64,000 nucleotides of DNA from Hydrolagus affinis (lineage: Eukaryota). This document shows positions 12,793 through 25,530 of this stretch, one piece after another. The DNA lies in the NCBI GenBank assembly GCA_012026655.1, contig JAAILG010001360.1, forward strand, positions 1 to 64,000. Direction: 5' to 3'. A model generated the notes under the pieces. It was not told where the DNA came from. It did not search any database and saw nothing but the letters and a program-made list of their open reading frames with translations. The number at the start of each line of letters is the position of its first letter. The first letter of the stretch is position 1. A program made the translations under genes and the position numbers.

Positions 12793-14277
12793 TATTTTGC
12801 AAAACTCAATACTGTATATAAATTCCAATGAAGGGTGAAGGAAGTTAAGTTTCAGGAATTTTTTTTTAAAAAAAATTTGCCTTCATTTTATTTATTTTAA
12901 CCTTATCTGACATCCTTAGTAGCCTGCAGTTCAATATGGAGCAATGCAGCACATAATTTTCTCTTGTTCATACATAACAGCTGAAATGTCTTAATGCATG
13001 GCAATACAATAGTGAAGCATTTTCAAACACTTAAAAAGCATGAGGCTAGGTTTTTTTTTGCTAATGTTTCCAGAGTACTGTATGGTATTTGCTTGGGTGA
13101 TTTATTTTGCTCTTTCGTAATACGATCTCCTATGATAATGGTTATTTGAAAATCGGTGTTAGGAAAACACATTTTAGAGATTTACAACTTTTGCTCCTTT
13201 CCTCTTTAGGTTTGCCCATAATGTCACCTGCACCCACACAATCTCCTTTAGCTGGGAGTAAGTGACAGTCCATATCCTGAATGTCTATGTTGCCTCTGTC
13301 ATTGCTGCTTTTTGATTAGCCTACAGGAGGTGCATTTCCACAGGAAGGGACTGGTTCTGCCAGTTTTCCCATTCTTCCTCCGATGGCGCACCATCTTGCT
13401 GAACAACACTTCCTAAAGTGAACTGGACGCAAACTGGTGAAGCTCTCGTTGAGGACAAGTGAGTTTTGAATGTCCTTCACAACTGGAATTTGAGAGCTTG
13501 TTGCATATCTCTCTGGTTAAGAGTCGAGTGACTGAATTCTCTGCTGCTAAAAGAACCAGCAAAGATTTTCCTTAAGACTGGAAGATACAATAAACAAAAT
13601 AACTGATCAAAAATGGAAACATTATTCAGCTGTTTATAGACAGAAAAGCAGAACAAGCCTTAAGAAAGGGATGATCCTTTTATTTTAGCAACACTTGTAC
13701 TCTAAAAGGAACAATGTTGAAAAAATAATGCCATTATTTGTAATAAATAAAAGATTCTTGCTCTGTAGGTGTAATTTTAATTTTTTATACAAATATGATT
13801 TGTGAACATGGTTTTCTCTATTTGTATTTGCCTCTTTGCCTATTCTTTAAATTAAACCTCAAGTGACACTTGTCTGCCTTTTCATGCTTTTTGTTTGCAT
13901 CCAAGAATTTGAGAACACATTCATGCCAGTAATTCATAATATTTACAGTGTATTGATTTCTAATCTTCAAGAGAGTAGGGTATTGGATCACTAAACTGAT
14001 TACGAAAGCATCTAATGTATTTTTAATAAAAATAAATAATCCGTATAGTTTTACGATAAGCTAGTACTGTACTTTATATTAAAAAAAATTTGCTTGAACT
14101 ACAGAGGTTACTTTGTAAATACAACTGTTCAGAACTGAGTGTTGGGAGTTTAAGGCTGGAAGTTACAATCCTGGTATTGCAGTCCATTATGTTTGAGAGT
14201 CAGCACAAATGTTATGTTTGAGGTTTCACCTGTGGTTGTTTAGATCCCTCGGGAGATTGATGCATCGGTGAAATGTA

Positions 14278-14935
14278 CAGCAGAGAATTACATTTGTATA
14301 GCACCTTTCAAGTCGGGAGGATGTCCCAAGGCATTGAGCAGTCTGGGGGTTGGGATCGGGAAGTGTGGAGGGCAGGAAGGATAGGAGTGTGACCAAAGGC
14401 TCGATCAAAGAGGTGGGTTTTGAGATGCGCTTTGAAGGAGGCAAGGTTCCATGGAGCAAGGCAAAGAGACTGTGGGATGGAGTTTCCAAGTTGGGGGCAG
14501 AGAGGTTGAAGGGCCTTGCCGATGGTGGATTGGGCTGGGTATGGAGCAGGCTGGAGTCTGCTGAGCAAAGGAGCAGACAGGTTGATAAGGGGTCAGAAGG
14601 TCGCAGAGGGAGGAAGAAACAAGGCAGTGGAGGGCTTTAAAGACAAAGAACTCTATCCTCTGAGGGAGGAGGAGCCAATGGAACCGGGTGAGGGTGGAGG
14701 TGATGGAGTCATGGAGCCTGGTGCGGACATGAGCTGCAGAGTTCTGGATGATCTGTAGCTTGTGGAGGGAAGATTCAGGAAGGCCAACAAGCAGGAAGTT
14801 GGAGTAGTCAAGCCTAAATGAGCTAATGTGTGGATGTGGGTTTTGACGGTCTGAAGGATGAGGCAGTGGCGGAGCCGGGCGATGTTCCGAAGGTGGTTAA
14901 GCAGAGCAGGTCATGGCACGGCTGTGGGGCAGAAA
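14278..14935 (-). mobile_element. L2-clade LINE 3' fragment
   Basis: Minus-strand ASFKAHLKTHLFDRAF and L2 tail at the left end. Confidence 0.8.
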
Positions 14936-15681
14936 GGACAGTTGAGAGTCAAACAAGGGTTCCAGACTGGCTCGATGAGATGAAGTGTGCATCCCTGGTG
15001 TCAGTGCCTGAGTATAAATAATATTAGAAGTATAAATAATAAAAATAGGTCAAAACAAATTTGTATTGCAAAAACATTTTTCAGAAAGCTCAGCAATACG
15101 TTGTTTCATAACTTTGATGCACTTTGAACTTCTGAAGAACTATACTTGTTAAAACCCATACAAAATTTTGACTTTATTTCTAATATTATTGAATTGTACT
15201 TGAAAAGTGCCCTCCATGTCTTTTCCTTTTTTTTTAAAAAACAATTAATGTTGCATGAAAGTTGATCTTTCTGTTGTGTTGATTAAATTACATTCTATTT
15301 CAATGTCATCTCTGTAAAATCTCCTAGCCTTCCTCCACCATAGCTTTTCCCTCCTGCAAATTCTTGCAGACTTCCCTCTCAATTTGACTTGTATGCTGTC
15401 AAATATACTTCATTGTAATTTGTAAATTTGTAATTCACTTTGAAAATGAAATTCACAGTTGCTTTCTCACTAACACTCTTGAGATTGCAGTAGTACCTGC
15501 CAGGCAACAAATAGATGTCTATGCACCCTTTATCATTATGGCTGACAAAGTAAAACTTAAAAAGAACACTTACCCAATTGAACAGTATTCGGTATTCTCT
15601 TGTTACCCTCACATAAAGTTTTGCCTTGGCATACCAGTAAATTCCGATCGACAGTTTTCTTTACACCAGCTTTATCTATGT

Positions 15682-15745
15682 AACAACAACAACTTTGATT
15701 TATATAGCACCCTCCACGCTGGACGGCGTCTCAGAGCACTTCAGG
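15682..15745 (-). mobile_element. Solo L2 tail (stem-loop only)
   Basis: aacaacaacaactttgatttatatagcaccctccacgctggacggcgtctcagagcac. Confidence 0.7.
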
Positions 15746-16511
15746 AAACAATTTACAGGAAACAAAAGATATTACTCACAGTGTGTTGGCAAGCCTGAAC
15801 ATTTTTAGTGATTGTAATTCTGATTCTAATTTCTCCACCAGAAGTCAGATATTTTGTTTTGAGGATAAATATATCATGTGCCGTTGACAGTCATGGGGTG
15901 GTATATGTGCCAACCGTATCAACCTCCTGGTTGAAGATGATCTGTTGAGTGTGAAGTGAACAGATAAAAGGAAGGAAATTAAATTATTTTTCTATTTGGT
16001 GAATGTAAATATTTTGAGTTAAACCAGAAAAGTTGAGATATGAATCACAGGTGACTCATACATCTATAAAATATTAATCAGCATCATTGGTTACATCTCT
16101 TAGTATTCTGTTCAATTCGTTGACCATCACATAATGCGGAACTAGAGTTAAAAAACCTTAGGTTAAGACAACACGATTTAACACGAGCCTCTTTAATTTG
16201 ACAAGTAACGAGAGTAGGGTGAGCTAGAACAAATTGTGGCCCGCAGGCTAGAAGAAGCCGGGGGAGTCATCAAGAAGCACTCTCTCTTCCCCCCCTCCCC
16301 TCCTCCCCCCGCAAATATTTGACGGGTTTACCTAAGTCCATGCTCAATCCATAGTTCATTTTCATTTTTTTCTCGATTGAAAACTTGTTGATTTATGGCT
16401 TAAATACAGTAATATTCTATCAAGAACATTTATTTTGTTGGCCAACCACAAAGATTGGCCACCAGTGAGCTTGAGCTTGGAGCTTGATGAAATCTCAATT
16501 GTAGTTGAAGT

Positions 16512-16900
16512 CACATTTAAAGCCCTCCACAACCTCGCCCTACCCTACATCTGTAACCTTCTAACCCCTTACAAACCTTCCCACCCCCTCCGCTCAACAG
16601 GGTCCGACCTGCTCCACGTCCCCCGACCACCCGCCCCACCATTGGCGGGCGAGGCTTTAGCCACTCTGCCCCCAACCTCTGGAACTCCATCCCACAGTCC
16701 CTCCGCCTTGCCCCCTTCTTGGCCTCCTTCAAGTCCCACCTCAACACTCTCCTCTTCAATGGTCCCATCGGCAACTCCTAATCCCCCACTTCCCTCCCCC
16801 CAACCCTCCAGCTCGGGTCTGACACAGTGATTGTCCAACACCTTGGGACATCCTCCTAATGTGAAAGGCGCTATACAAGTGTAATTTTGCTGTTGTAGTT
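16512..16900 (+). mobile_element. L2-clade LINE 3' fragment
   Basis: TFKALHNLALPYICNLLTPYKPSHPLRS plus L2 tail. Confidence 0.85.
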
Positions 16901-17551
16901 GTGATAATTTTCAGGAGTTTTGTGGTGAGTCAATTGTCCTATAGACACAAACCATCACCGTGCTTCAGAGTATTGAAATCAGACAGAGTTCAATATGTGC
17001 CTAACCATTTCAGCAGTGTTGGAGACAAATGAGTTGGGCAGTTGAGGGGATCCATCTAACTTTTCAATATTGCAGAATATTGAGATTCCACCAAATTTGT
17101 CTGAGAGGGCATCTGATTTGTGTATACAGTATCTGTAAATTTGGTTTGAAGAATTGATCTGTTTTGTTGAATCTGTAGAATTAATTTGCTGCATGAATTG
17201 AATAGTGAAGGACATTCCTGCATATAGCTCAATATCTGCTTCAAAACATATAACAAAATAATTGGTATTTGTTTCTTAATTCTGTCTTCAATTCTGCTGT
17301 TGAGATCATTCCTCTGTTGCCGACAGAATAAATTTAAATGGAGTTGAATATTGATAGTTTATTCTGACTTTTGTGATTTTTAAATAATCAAATGTATGCC
17401 CTTGGTTCAGTTTGACTTGAACCTGTTCAGCTGGAAATTGGTAATTTTTTTCTTCAAACTTGCTTGCTTTTCATTCAGACTGTTAGAGAGTTCTTTATTT
17501 ACAAATGTATATTGTGGGTATGTTATAGCAGCAATTTTATTTCTTTTTCAG

Positions 17552-17722
17552 TGTTTGCCAAGAATATTTCCTGAACGGTGGAATGAAGAGAGTGCTTGAA
17601 AAAGATGAGAAAAGAGCCCGACTTGCAATTTCTATGGCTACTCCAGTCCTGAATGTTCAATCGACCGAGAGGAACGATGATTATCTCTCATCCAATGGCA
17701 TTTTAACTAATCTGGATGCAAG
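17552..17722 (+). CDS. SAMTOR: SAMTOR/BMT2 coding exon
   Basis: Acceptor ttctttttcag|T, donor AAG|gtaggt. AG+T gives Ser, then [56 protein letters not shown]. Matches [23 protein letters not shown] and is phase-compatible with both neighbours. This frame is absent from the ORF track. Confidence 0.93.
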
Positions 17723-18169
17723 GTAGGTGCCAAAAACAAACAACATGTATTTTAAGTATATTGCTCCTCCACTAAGGAAATAAAATAAAGAGACATTGCT
17801 TCAAACTATCTTCACCAATATTAGGATTGATGAGAAATCAATGGTTAATATAAAGTAATTATGCACTGTGTGTGAGAACCAAAAAACGACTTCAACTTTG
17901 TCTCTCCCCTCACCACCCAAGCAGCACGTATTAGAACCAAAGTCATTCTAGTATTGCGTTCTCAATTCCTTTTTTTTCTCCAAAAAAAAATGAGCTAGAT
18001 TTATTATATCAGTAAACCAATTTATTGTAAACTAGCTGTAGCTTTTGCAGCATCATCTGCAGCCAAAGAATCAAATATGGAATGTAGATTGACAGACAAA
18101 CAGATACATAGACATTTTGTATTTATTTATACTCAGCTGTGAGGACTTCTGTGGGAGAACTCCTTTAAT

Positions 18170-18300
18170 ATATTCTCTCTCAATGTCTTTCTCTCTCCCA
18201 ATCTCTCTTTCTGTCTTTGTCACTGTTGATTCTCTCACTATCTCAGTCTCTCTCTCTCTCACTATCTCAGTATCTCTGTGTGTCTCTCTCTGTCTGTCCC
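18170..18300 (+). repeat. Degenerate (TC)n simple repeat
   Basis: tctctctc runs with tctctcactatctcag repeated. Confidence 0.75.
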
Positions 18301-19837
18301 ATATGGGAATACTCAACCAGAAAAGATGCCGCTTTTCACGTCTTCGAGATATGTCAAATATATATTATATAAAATATATATTTTTTCAATAATATTCAAT
18401 ATAATATTATAAAAATATAGCTTCAGTCAGTTATTGCATGATTGCTGGTTACATTGGCATACAAACAGACACACATTTCATATTTTTTAGTATGCTTTGT
18501 TATTATAGAATCTTTTGTTGCTCTTTTGTCTCCTTGAAATTACTATTTTGGGAACACATTAAAAGTGGTTTTAAAAATTCATAGTTGCAATGTTTCATAT
18601 GCAAGTGAATGAGATTCTGTTTTGATTTTAGTAGTGAGTACAGTAAATATTCAAAATACTGCTGTTTTTAATGAAGTCAAAAGTTTTTTGATCTTCATTA
18701 TGTATATTTACATCTAGGTTTCGCAGATATTCGTCTTTTGAAGTTGTATTTCTCCTCATTTATATTGTAAATCTCAGGGATAATCTGTTTACTTTTAGCC
18801 ATGATAAAGTTCAATGTCCAAGAAAATTAAATTAACTCACAATAATTAGAATGCAACTCCATGAATGGCCACCTTCTGTGAATAATATGCTCGTTAGTCC
18901 AAATTGTGCTGCTGTGAGTCTGCAATATCATTCTGTAAGATACAGAGTATGGTCTAGCAGAAACAAGTCTCACTATATTGTGGCCTGCTGTGATAGCACT
19001 TGAATGTCTCCATACATAATCTGCGGCTGTGATTCATATTGAAAGGCATTTTACTGACCGATATTATTTACTGAAAAATTATGCTGACAGTGTTGGGTAT
19101 TGATACTCGCAAGTCTGATATTTTACCAAATCAGTGGGAGTCTTAGTCCTACTATTTTAACAAACCAAATAAATGTGTATGTTTGTGTGAAAAATATATT
19201 TAAAAACTGTTATTTATTGAGAAGATAAATCCCGTGGTTTGGAAAGGTACAGTTGCGACAAATCCAAATCATGAATCACACAACAGGTGCGATCGCTAGT
19301 CAGTGCTTCCGCATTGTGACATGAATGGTGAAGTCACTGAGTGTGGGTGCGGGAAGCTGACTGCTCAAGCAACTGTGGATCCACAGAGTATCCAGCAGTA
19401 TCCAAACCATTGAAATAAATCATTCATTGATGAGTTCCTATTGGAAACAGTAAACTGTGTTTCTTACTCACACTGATTGATCTATCCTGAATGTTCCAAT
19501 ATTTTCTATTTTGTTTGATGGTGAAAGTGATGCAAATAATTGGGATGTAACTAGACTTGCCAACTAGCAATTTTCAATTCTTGGAAATGTTATGGATTGG
19601 ATTTTGCTATTTAATGAGGCTTGACAGTCACAACCAGGTGAGCCTTTTATATATCTTTGCCATTCAGCAGGAAATAATTTCATTGTTTCACATGTTTCTC
19701 AATGTCCTTTTGTTAAGTGTCGGCAGCTTAGATGAAAGATGAGCAAGATAAGATGAAAATTTAGGCATGGATCCCAACTGAATTGATTATAGTTTTATAA
19801 AACAACTAACATAGTGGTCTATTTAGCATTACTTATT

Positions 19838-19990
19838 CACAACAATAAACCTTGCATTTGACATCGTTGAAACATCTCAAAGCACTTCAAAGGATATACT
19901 ATAAAGTGGATTGACTGTGTATTTTGTGGGTGAAACATGGCAGCCAATTAGTGCACAGTAGTGTCTCACATACAGCCATGGAGTGAATGA
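19838..19990 (-). mobile_element. SINE 3' half
   Basis: ccttgcatttga...catctcaaagcacttca...gcagccaattagtgcacag. Confidence 0.7.
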
Positions 19991-20014
19991 AGAATTTTAC
20001 TTTTATATTTGCCT

Positions 20015-20722
20015 TTAATAATAATCCTTGCATTTGATAGCACTTTTCACATCTTGTAAATGTAGGTCCTGTAGATCCTGCAGCTCAGTGGTTAGAGCAT
20101 TCGCCTTACAAACGTGAGACCTGTGTTCGATTCCAGGCAGATCAGGGTGAAACCTTGGGCAAGTTTCTTTACTTCACATGCCTAATAATAATCCGTCTAA
20201 AAAAGAACACAATTATAAAAATTGGTCATTTCAGTCCTCGACTGTTTGTGGCACACTGCTGTGTGCAATTGGCTGTTGCATTTCTCCCACAAATATACAG
20301 TCAATTCACTTCAGTATATTCCGTGAAGCGCTTCAAGACGTCGATAAGATGTGAAAAGCGCTATATCAAATGCAAAGATTATTATTATTATTATTATTAT
20401 CTTCTAGACATCTCACAGCACTTCACAGAATACAGTGTAAAGTAAATCGACTATATTTTTTGTAGGTGTAACGCAGCAGCCAATTGCGCACAGCAGTGTC
20501 CCACAAACCGTCATGGATTAAATGACCACTTTTTTGATTGAAGAATTATTATCCCCAGAAAAGCGATCTGCCAATCGACTAAGAACCAGGTTCCTATTTA
20601 CTACTAGGTAACCATAAGCATGTGGAGTAAGGAAACTTGTCCAATATTTCACCATGCCAGGAATAGAACCCAGGTTTCTTGCGTGCGAGGCGAGTGCTGT
20701 AACCATTGAGCTACAGGACTCC
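20015..20722 (-). mobile_element. tRNA-SINE (long subfamily) split by a second SINE
   Basis: Tail at 20015-20060, remainder at 20400-20722 ending gagctacaggactcc. Confidence 0.8.
20070..20400 (+). mobile_element. tRNA-SINE inserted inside the opposite-strand SINE
   Basis: cctgcagctcagtggttagagc head, full body, (tat)n tail. Confidence 0.88.
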
Positions 20723-22158
20723 AGATATAAACTATATATCATTTTAGAAAGTTACCACAAGAGAGTAAAGACCCATTGCTAAGCTTTATGCAGATCAGTG
20801 CGAATTAAACACAGTGCTGTTTCTACACGTAATTTGTTAGATGCAAATCAGAGAGAAAAAGAAAGAATAAAGCAAGAGAGAAGGTAAATAGAGAAGAGAG
20901 AAGAAGCAAGAGAAAACCTGCCATTTGAGAATTGCAACTATTACAATAAACTCTGGATCACTACAGATTCTAATTCAATTGTACTAAAATGTTGAGTTCT
21001 TGTTGATTCTCTATTTTGAATAGGGTTGTTCCAAATATAGCTAGGGAAGAGGCTTCTTTAATTTGTTTCATTTCTACCTGTCCCTGTCTAATCAAAAGGT
21101 AGATTCCTTGAGCGGGCTCAGCAGCATTTAATGCTGTTCTCTGTATTACCATTACTAATGTTAATATAATCTTGAAGACTTTGAAGTCCTGCATATGACA
21201 AATGGTGCATTTTATTGAAAAAGTAGAATTAACTAACTTGAAGTTTAAAATCTCCTTGAGAAGTCAATTCAGTTGATATGACGAGCAATATGAAAATACA
21301 TTTGTTTTGCAAGAAAAGAGTTTCAAGAGGATATGTAAGTTGGTGTATATTTTTATCCAGAATGAGTCATTTCATTCACTTATGTCCTTGGTTAGATACT
21401 TGAGTGTTCTGTTACAGTTACTGTCAGACTAAATGTTCACAACATTAATACAGTAGTTGTCTGATTGTGTTGACAGGAGATAGCTTTGGGAACAGATTGT
21501 TATGTTTTAGTCTTAAAGCTGTTGGGATATTAATGAGTGTTGGCAGTTCTTGGTTGCAATGCTGGATGTACTACCCAATGGAGGTGGGGTGTTCCATCAG
21601 AGTAAAAGGGAGAGGCTGAGCAGTTTGTTGGAATAATTCCTTTTACAAGTGCATCTTTTGTCCAACACATAGGACAGATGCCCAATTTATCTACATTTTG
21701 TTTAAGAGGGAACTGAATTTGGAGGGTTTCTGACCAAGATCATATTCTAATTTTAATGTATCTTTTTGATGCTGTGTTTGAAGCATGAATCAGCTACTTG
21801 GAAATGAATGTGACTGCAAAATAATTTCTTTAGACTCCAGCTTGGTTTACCAGTCATGTTGTCTGGTCTCTTAACATTTTCGAGTTGATCTTTGAGAAAT
21901 TTATTTGTAGATGCCTGCTAACGCCTCATTATGTTATCAGTAGTGGGCTGATTGACATTACTGGGTAATGCTATTTCTATATTTTGTGCCTCTGTTCGAT
22001 TTGCACTTACATTGTCATTGCAGTTGAACAGCTTTGCATTTGGTTTAGCAAACTAATTAGGGTGCAGTTGGGGGGAAAATAATCTAAACTCTAATTAATG
22101 GTGCTACAGTTAATAGAGGATCAATAGTGTTAATCTAAAAGCTGATTTGAACTGAGTA

Positions 22159-22648
22159 CAGTAGAAGCCCATTTATCCGTAACTCGATGAACTGGCACTT
22201 CCGTATAACCGGCATGCCAAAAGAAAAGTCCCTATTCGATAAACCAGAACTTATCCGGAACAATAGCGGTGGAGCATTTGTGAGTCATTGTCGCGCAGGT
22301 GCAGTATTTCGGTTTGCCGCTAGTAGAGTCAAGGGTTATCGGCTTGCCGCTAGTAAGGCTTTAAAGTCGTGCTGTCGTTTTTTTCACCCTCCATTGCAAA
22401 AAAAATCGCTGGACTGTAAACCTCAACCAGTAAAGGTGAAAGCGCAAGAGAGTAGTTTTAACAATAAGTACCAATACAATATTCTGTTATTATCTGTTAT
22501 TATTTAGTCTGGTGTGTATGGTGTGTGTTAAAAAAAACTTTACTTTTTTTATTGTAGGTTTTTGACAGTGGGCCGCCCGAATATCCGATTTGCGCTTTAA
22601 CCGGCAATGGCCAGGTCCCGCGAGTGCCGTCTAAACAGGCTTTTACTG
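22159..22648. mobile_element. Tigger-like MITE family A, about 490 bp form
   Basis: TA|CAGTAGAAGCCCATTTATCCG ... CTAAACAGGCTTTTACTG|TA. Confidence 0.9.
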
Positions 22649-22704
22649 TACTTGAAAAGTACACTGGGCAACAAGTAGACCCCAAAATAAAATTCACTTG
22701 TTTC

Positions 22705-22856
22705 ATGACTATTTGTGGGATATTGCAGTGTGCATTTGTACTGCCGTATTTGCCTTAAAAATAGTCACTCCATTTCACAGTAATTCCTGCGAAGCGATTT
22801 GAGACTTCCTGCTGATGTGATGTGTCAGTATCCCAAATACAAGGATTATTATTATG
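22705..22856 (+). mobile_element. SINE 3' half
   Basis: atgactatttgtggga...caaatacaaggattattatt. Confidence 0.6.
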
Positions 22857-25205
22857 ACATTCCCCTCTTATTCTCTACCTGCTCTTGGTATAGAGCTACT
22901 TTGGTTACAACTATGCATGGGAAATGCTGTCAATAAGCTGCTTACATCACTTTGTAAATCACTTTTCCTGTGAATAGGGTGCAGGCATGAAACACACAGG
23001 AAGTGACAACACCAGCACCATTACAATCCAGAATTCAGAATTTTTTCGCACTCAGTTTATAACACGACCTTCAAGGTATTCTCCCAGATGACTTTGATAG
23101 AGCGAAAGGTCCTGCATTTGATATTTATACACTGTCCAATTATTATTGCATTTGCGATGCTCCGTTTTCAGTACATCAACATGTTCTATGAAACAATTGT
23201 CCTCATTATTGGATAGCAATCTGCAGCATACTGCTTTTTGTCTTGTCTCAGAAATTATAACATTTGAACAAAGTTGAATTAATTGAGTAGAAAGCAGCAT
23301 AATCTTATAACATATTGCACCTCAATTGAAAGCTGCCATATTTCCTTAAGATTTTGGATATGTAGGCTTGCATCTGTTTTCAGTGCTTCCGCACAGTAAC
23401 TTGACAGATTCTTTAAATTTGCATTCTATTTCCTTTGGAGGGAATCTCAATTTAGGAGTTTCCTCCACCATGTTTTTACGTGAGCCACACTTGGAAAAAT
23501 TGGGGCAGTACATTCAAAGAGGACTGCAGGGAAGTGGAAATAATTTCGCAATAGGTCTAATTTGCGAGATTTGTTGAGCTGCTGAATTCTGCTCAGACGC
23601 TGAACTGTTGGTGTCTGAGCAAACTTCTACAGCAACAGCCAGGATTCAATAATTATGAAGCCCACAACTCAGGCTCCAAAATGCTCTGTTTAAAAGAAAC
23701 ATTTATATAAACTGTAATACAAACAATGAATTTCATATTACACTAATATCTTTAGGAATCTGAAACAAAATACTGTATAGTAATTCAATATCAATACAGA
23801 TATCACAGAAGTTAAGGTTAGTGCTACAGATACACTCGTAGGAAGTAATTCCATCCCATCCAAACTCATGAAAAGTTGACATATGAAAGATATTGCATGA
23901 AGGATGATATTTGTCTCTGTAAAAGCTGATAAAGCTTCATTGGAACCAACTATAATTTCTAACCAAGCTAATGGCCTGTCTGAAGTTAAACACCATCTAA
24001 ATCAGTATATTTGTTCTAAGACAGCCATACAATACAATCAAAGTATAAGCCAACATAAAAATTATAAATGTCACCTTTTGTGGGCAGTGTTATTGTGATC
24101 TCCTTTTAATGTGGAGTAGAGTTTTTCTTAGGTTAGTATTCCAGTAATTGTGTGGAAGTATGATGCATATTTTTTATTCTCAAAATTATATTCTATAAGC
24201 ATATTCCAAATAAGATGTTGAAAATTGTACTGCCTTTTAAATCCCTCACCGTTCTTCCTCAGCAATTTCTTTGCAACCCACTCACTGCATTCTTCAAACA
24301 CATGTGCTCCATGTTCTTTTTTTACTCAGCTGAAGTTAACCCTGCAATCCAAAGACTAATGGATAGGGTGGTTCAAGTTGGATAAACTGTGGGATGCTTC
24401 TCAAGACAGTTCTCTCAATGACAAACTATGCTGTTTTAGGTGGTTAGACTCCAGCAGTACCCTAACACACAATCCAGAAGGCTTTGCCCTTGCCAACATT
24501 TGATTAATGCTCTCTGGAATAAGTAAGCAGGATATGTCCATCCCAAGGAGAGAATACACAAAATTGATTTATGTCAGTCTTGTAGAAATACATTTTTTTA
24601 TATTCTAAATAAACCGTCTGCTTTTTACTGCATAGGAAAATATGTGTGGGTTATATGTTGTTTGCTATATATTCCTACTTAGCAACATTTGTTTTAAACA
24701 ACAGAAAGTATTCATGCACAGGGAGAGTCATAAGTGAAATAGAAATCACAGGGGAGAGTTGCTATTGACTTTTTTTTTATGGTTTGTGAGACAACCTTTC
24801 TCTTTCGAGCTACTCGTTTTTTTTATTTGCATATACCAGGGTATTTTTGCCGAGGTGATTAAATGCTCCCTTAGCTCCTCTTCATGGTTGCATTTCATAA
24901 GGACTATTATTTTGGATGCACCACTAGGCTCATCTCATTTTGGTTGTTACACAGCAAGAGATATTAGAGATATTAAATATAGATATTTACAGTAGAGATA
25001 TTAAATAGCTTAAATGTATTGGACATCATTTATTTGACTACATCTTTTTTTTTTACGAGATGCGGCTTTGCATGGTGGTGATTATATAACATATGTTCGA
25101 TTTGGAAACTTGATGATGTGATTGGTAGAACTATGTAGAGTTTGTTTCATCATTCATCATTTGGGGTAATCTATTTTGTTCCTGATGGATATAAATACTC
25201 AGTTA

Positions 25206-25530
25206 TAGGGTCCGTTGATATCGAAATTTTCAGATATCGATATATCGGTTTGCCCATATCGATATATACCGATATATCCATATCGCAGTTTTTTTTGTCA
25301 TGCGCATTCGTAGGTTCGCGTGTATTCGGGGATGCGCAAGTTGAAAAAGTCCGCATCATTCCGATATATCGATATATCGCTGGACACGATATACCGATAT
25401 TTGTGATATATCGATTTTTTTTTCATATCGAATTTTTAGATATATCGATATATTTTAAATTCCAATATCAGCATATCGATATGAAAATTATATTGATATA
25501 ACCGATATATCGATATATCGCCGGACCCTA
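25206..25530. mobile_element. hAT-superfamily MITE (325 bp) with perfect 8-bp TSD
   Basis: CTCAGTTA|TAGGGTCCG ... CGGACCCTA|CTCAGTTA, with many CGATATATCG/GATATC subterminal repeats. Confidence 0.92.

Noticed and set aside
23052-23300. 82-aa minus-strand ORF with ATG start in unique sequence
   Set aside because: No recognisable family, splice context or TIRs. The length is within chance expectation, and an HMM search would be needed to revisit it.
25142-25501. 119-aa Ile/Tyr/Asp-rich ORF and a CRISPR-like look of repeated GATATC
   Set aside because: This is the translation of hAT MITE subterminal repeats. There is no constant repeat/unique spacer structure and the context is eukaryotic.
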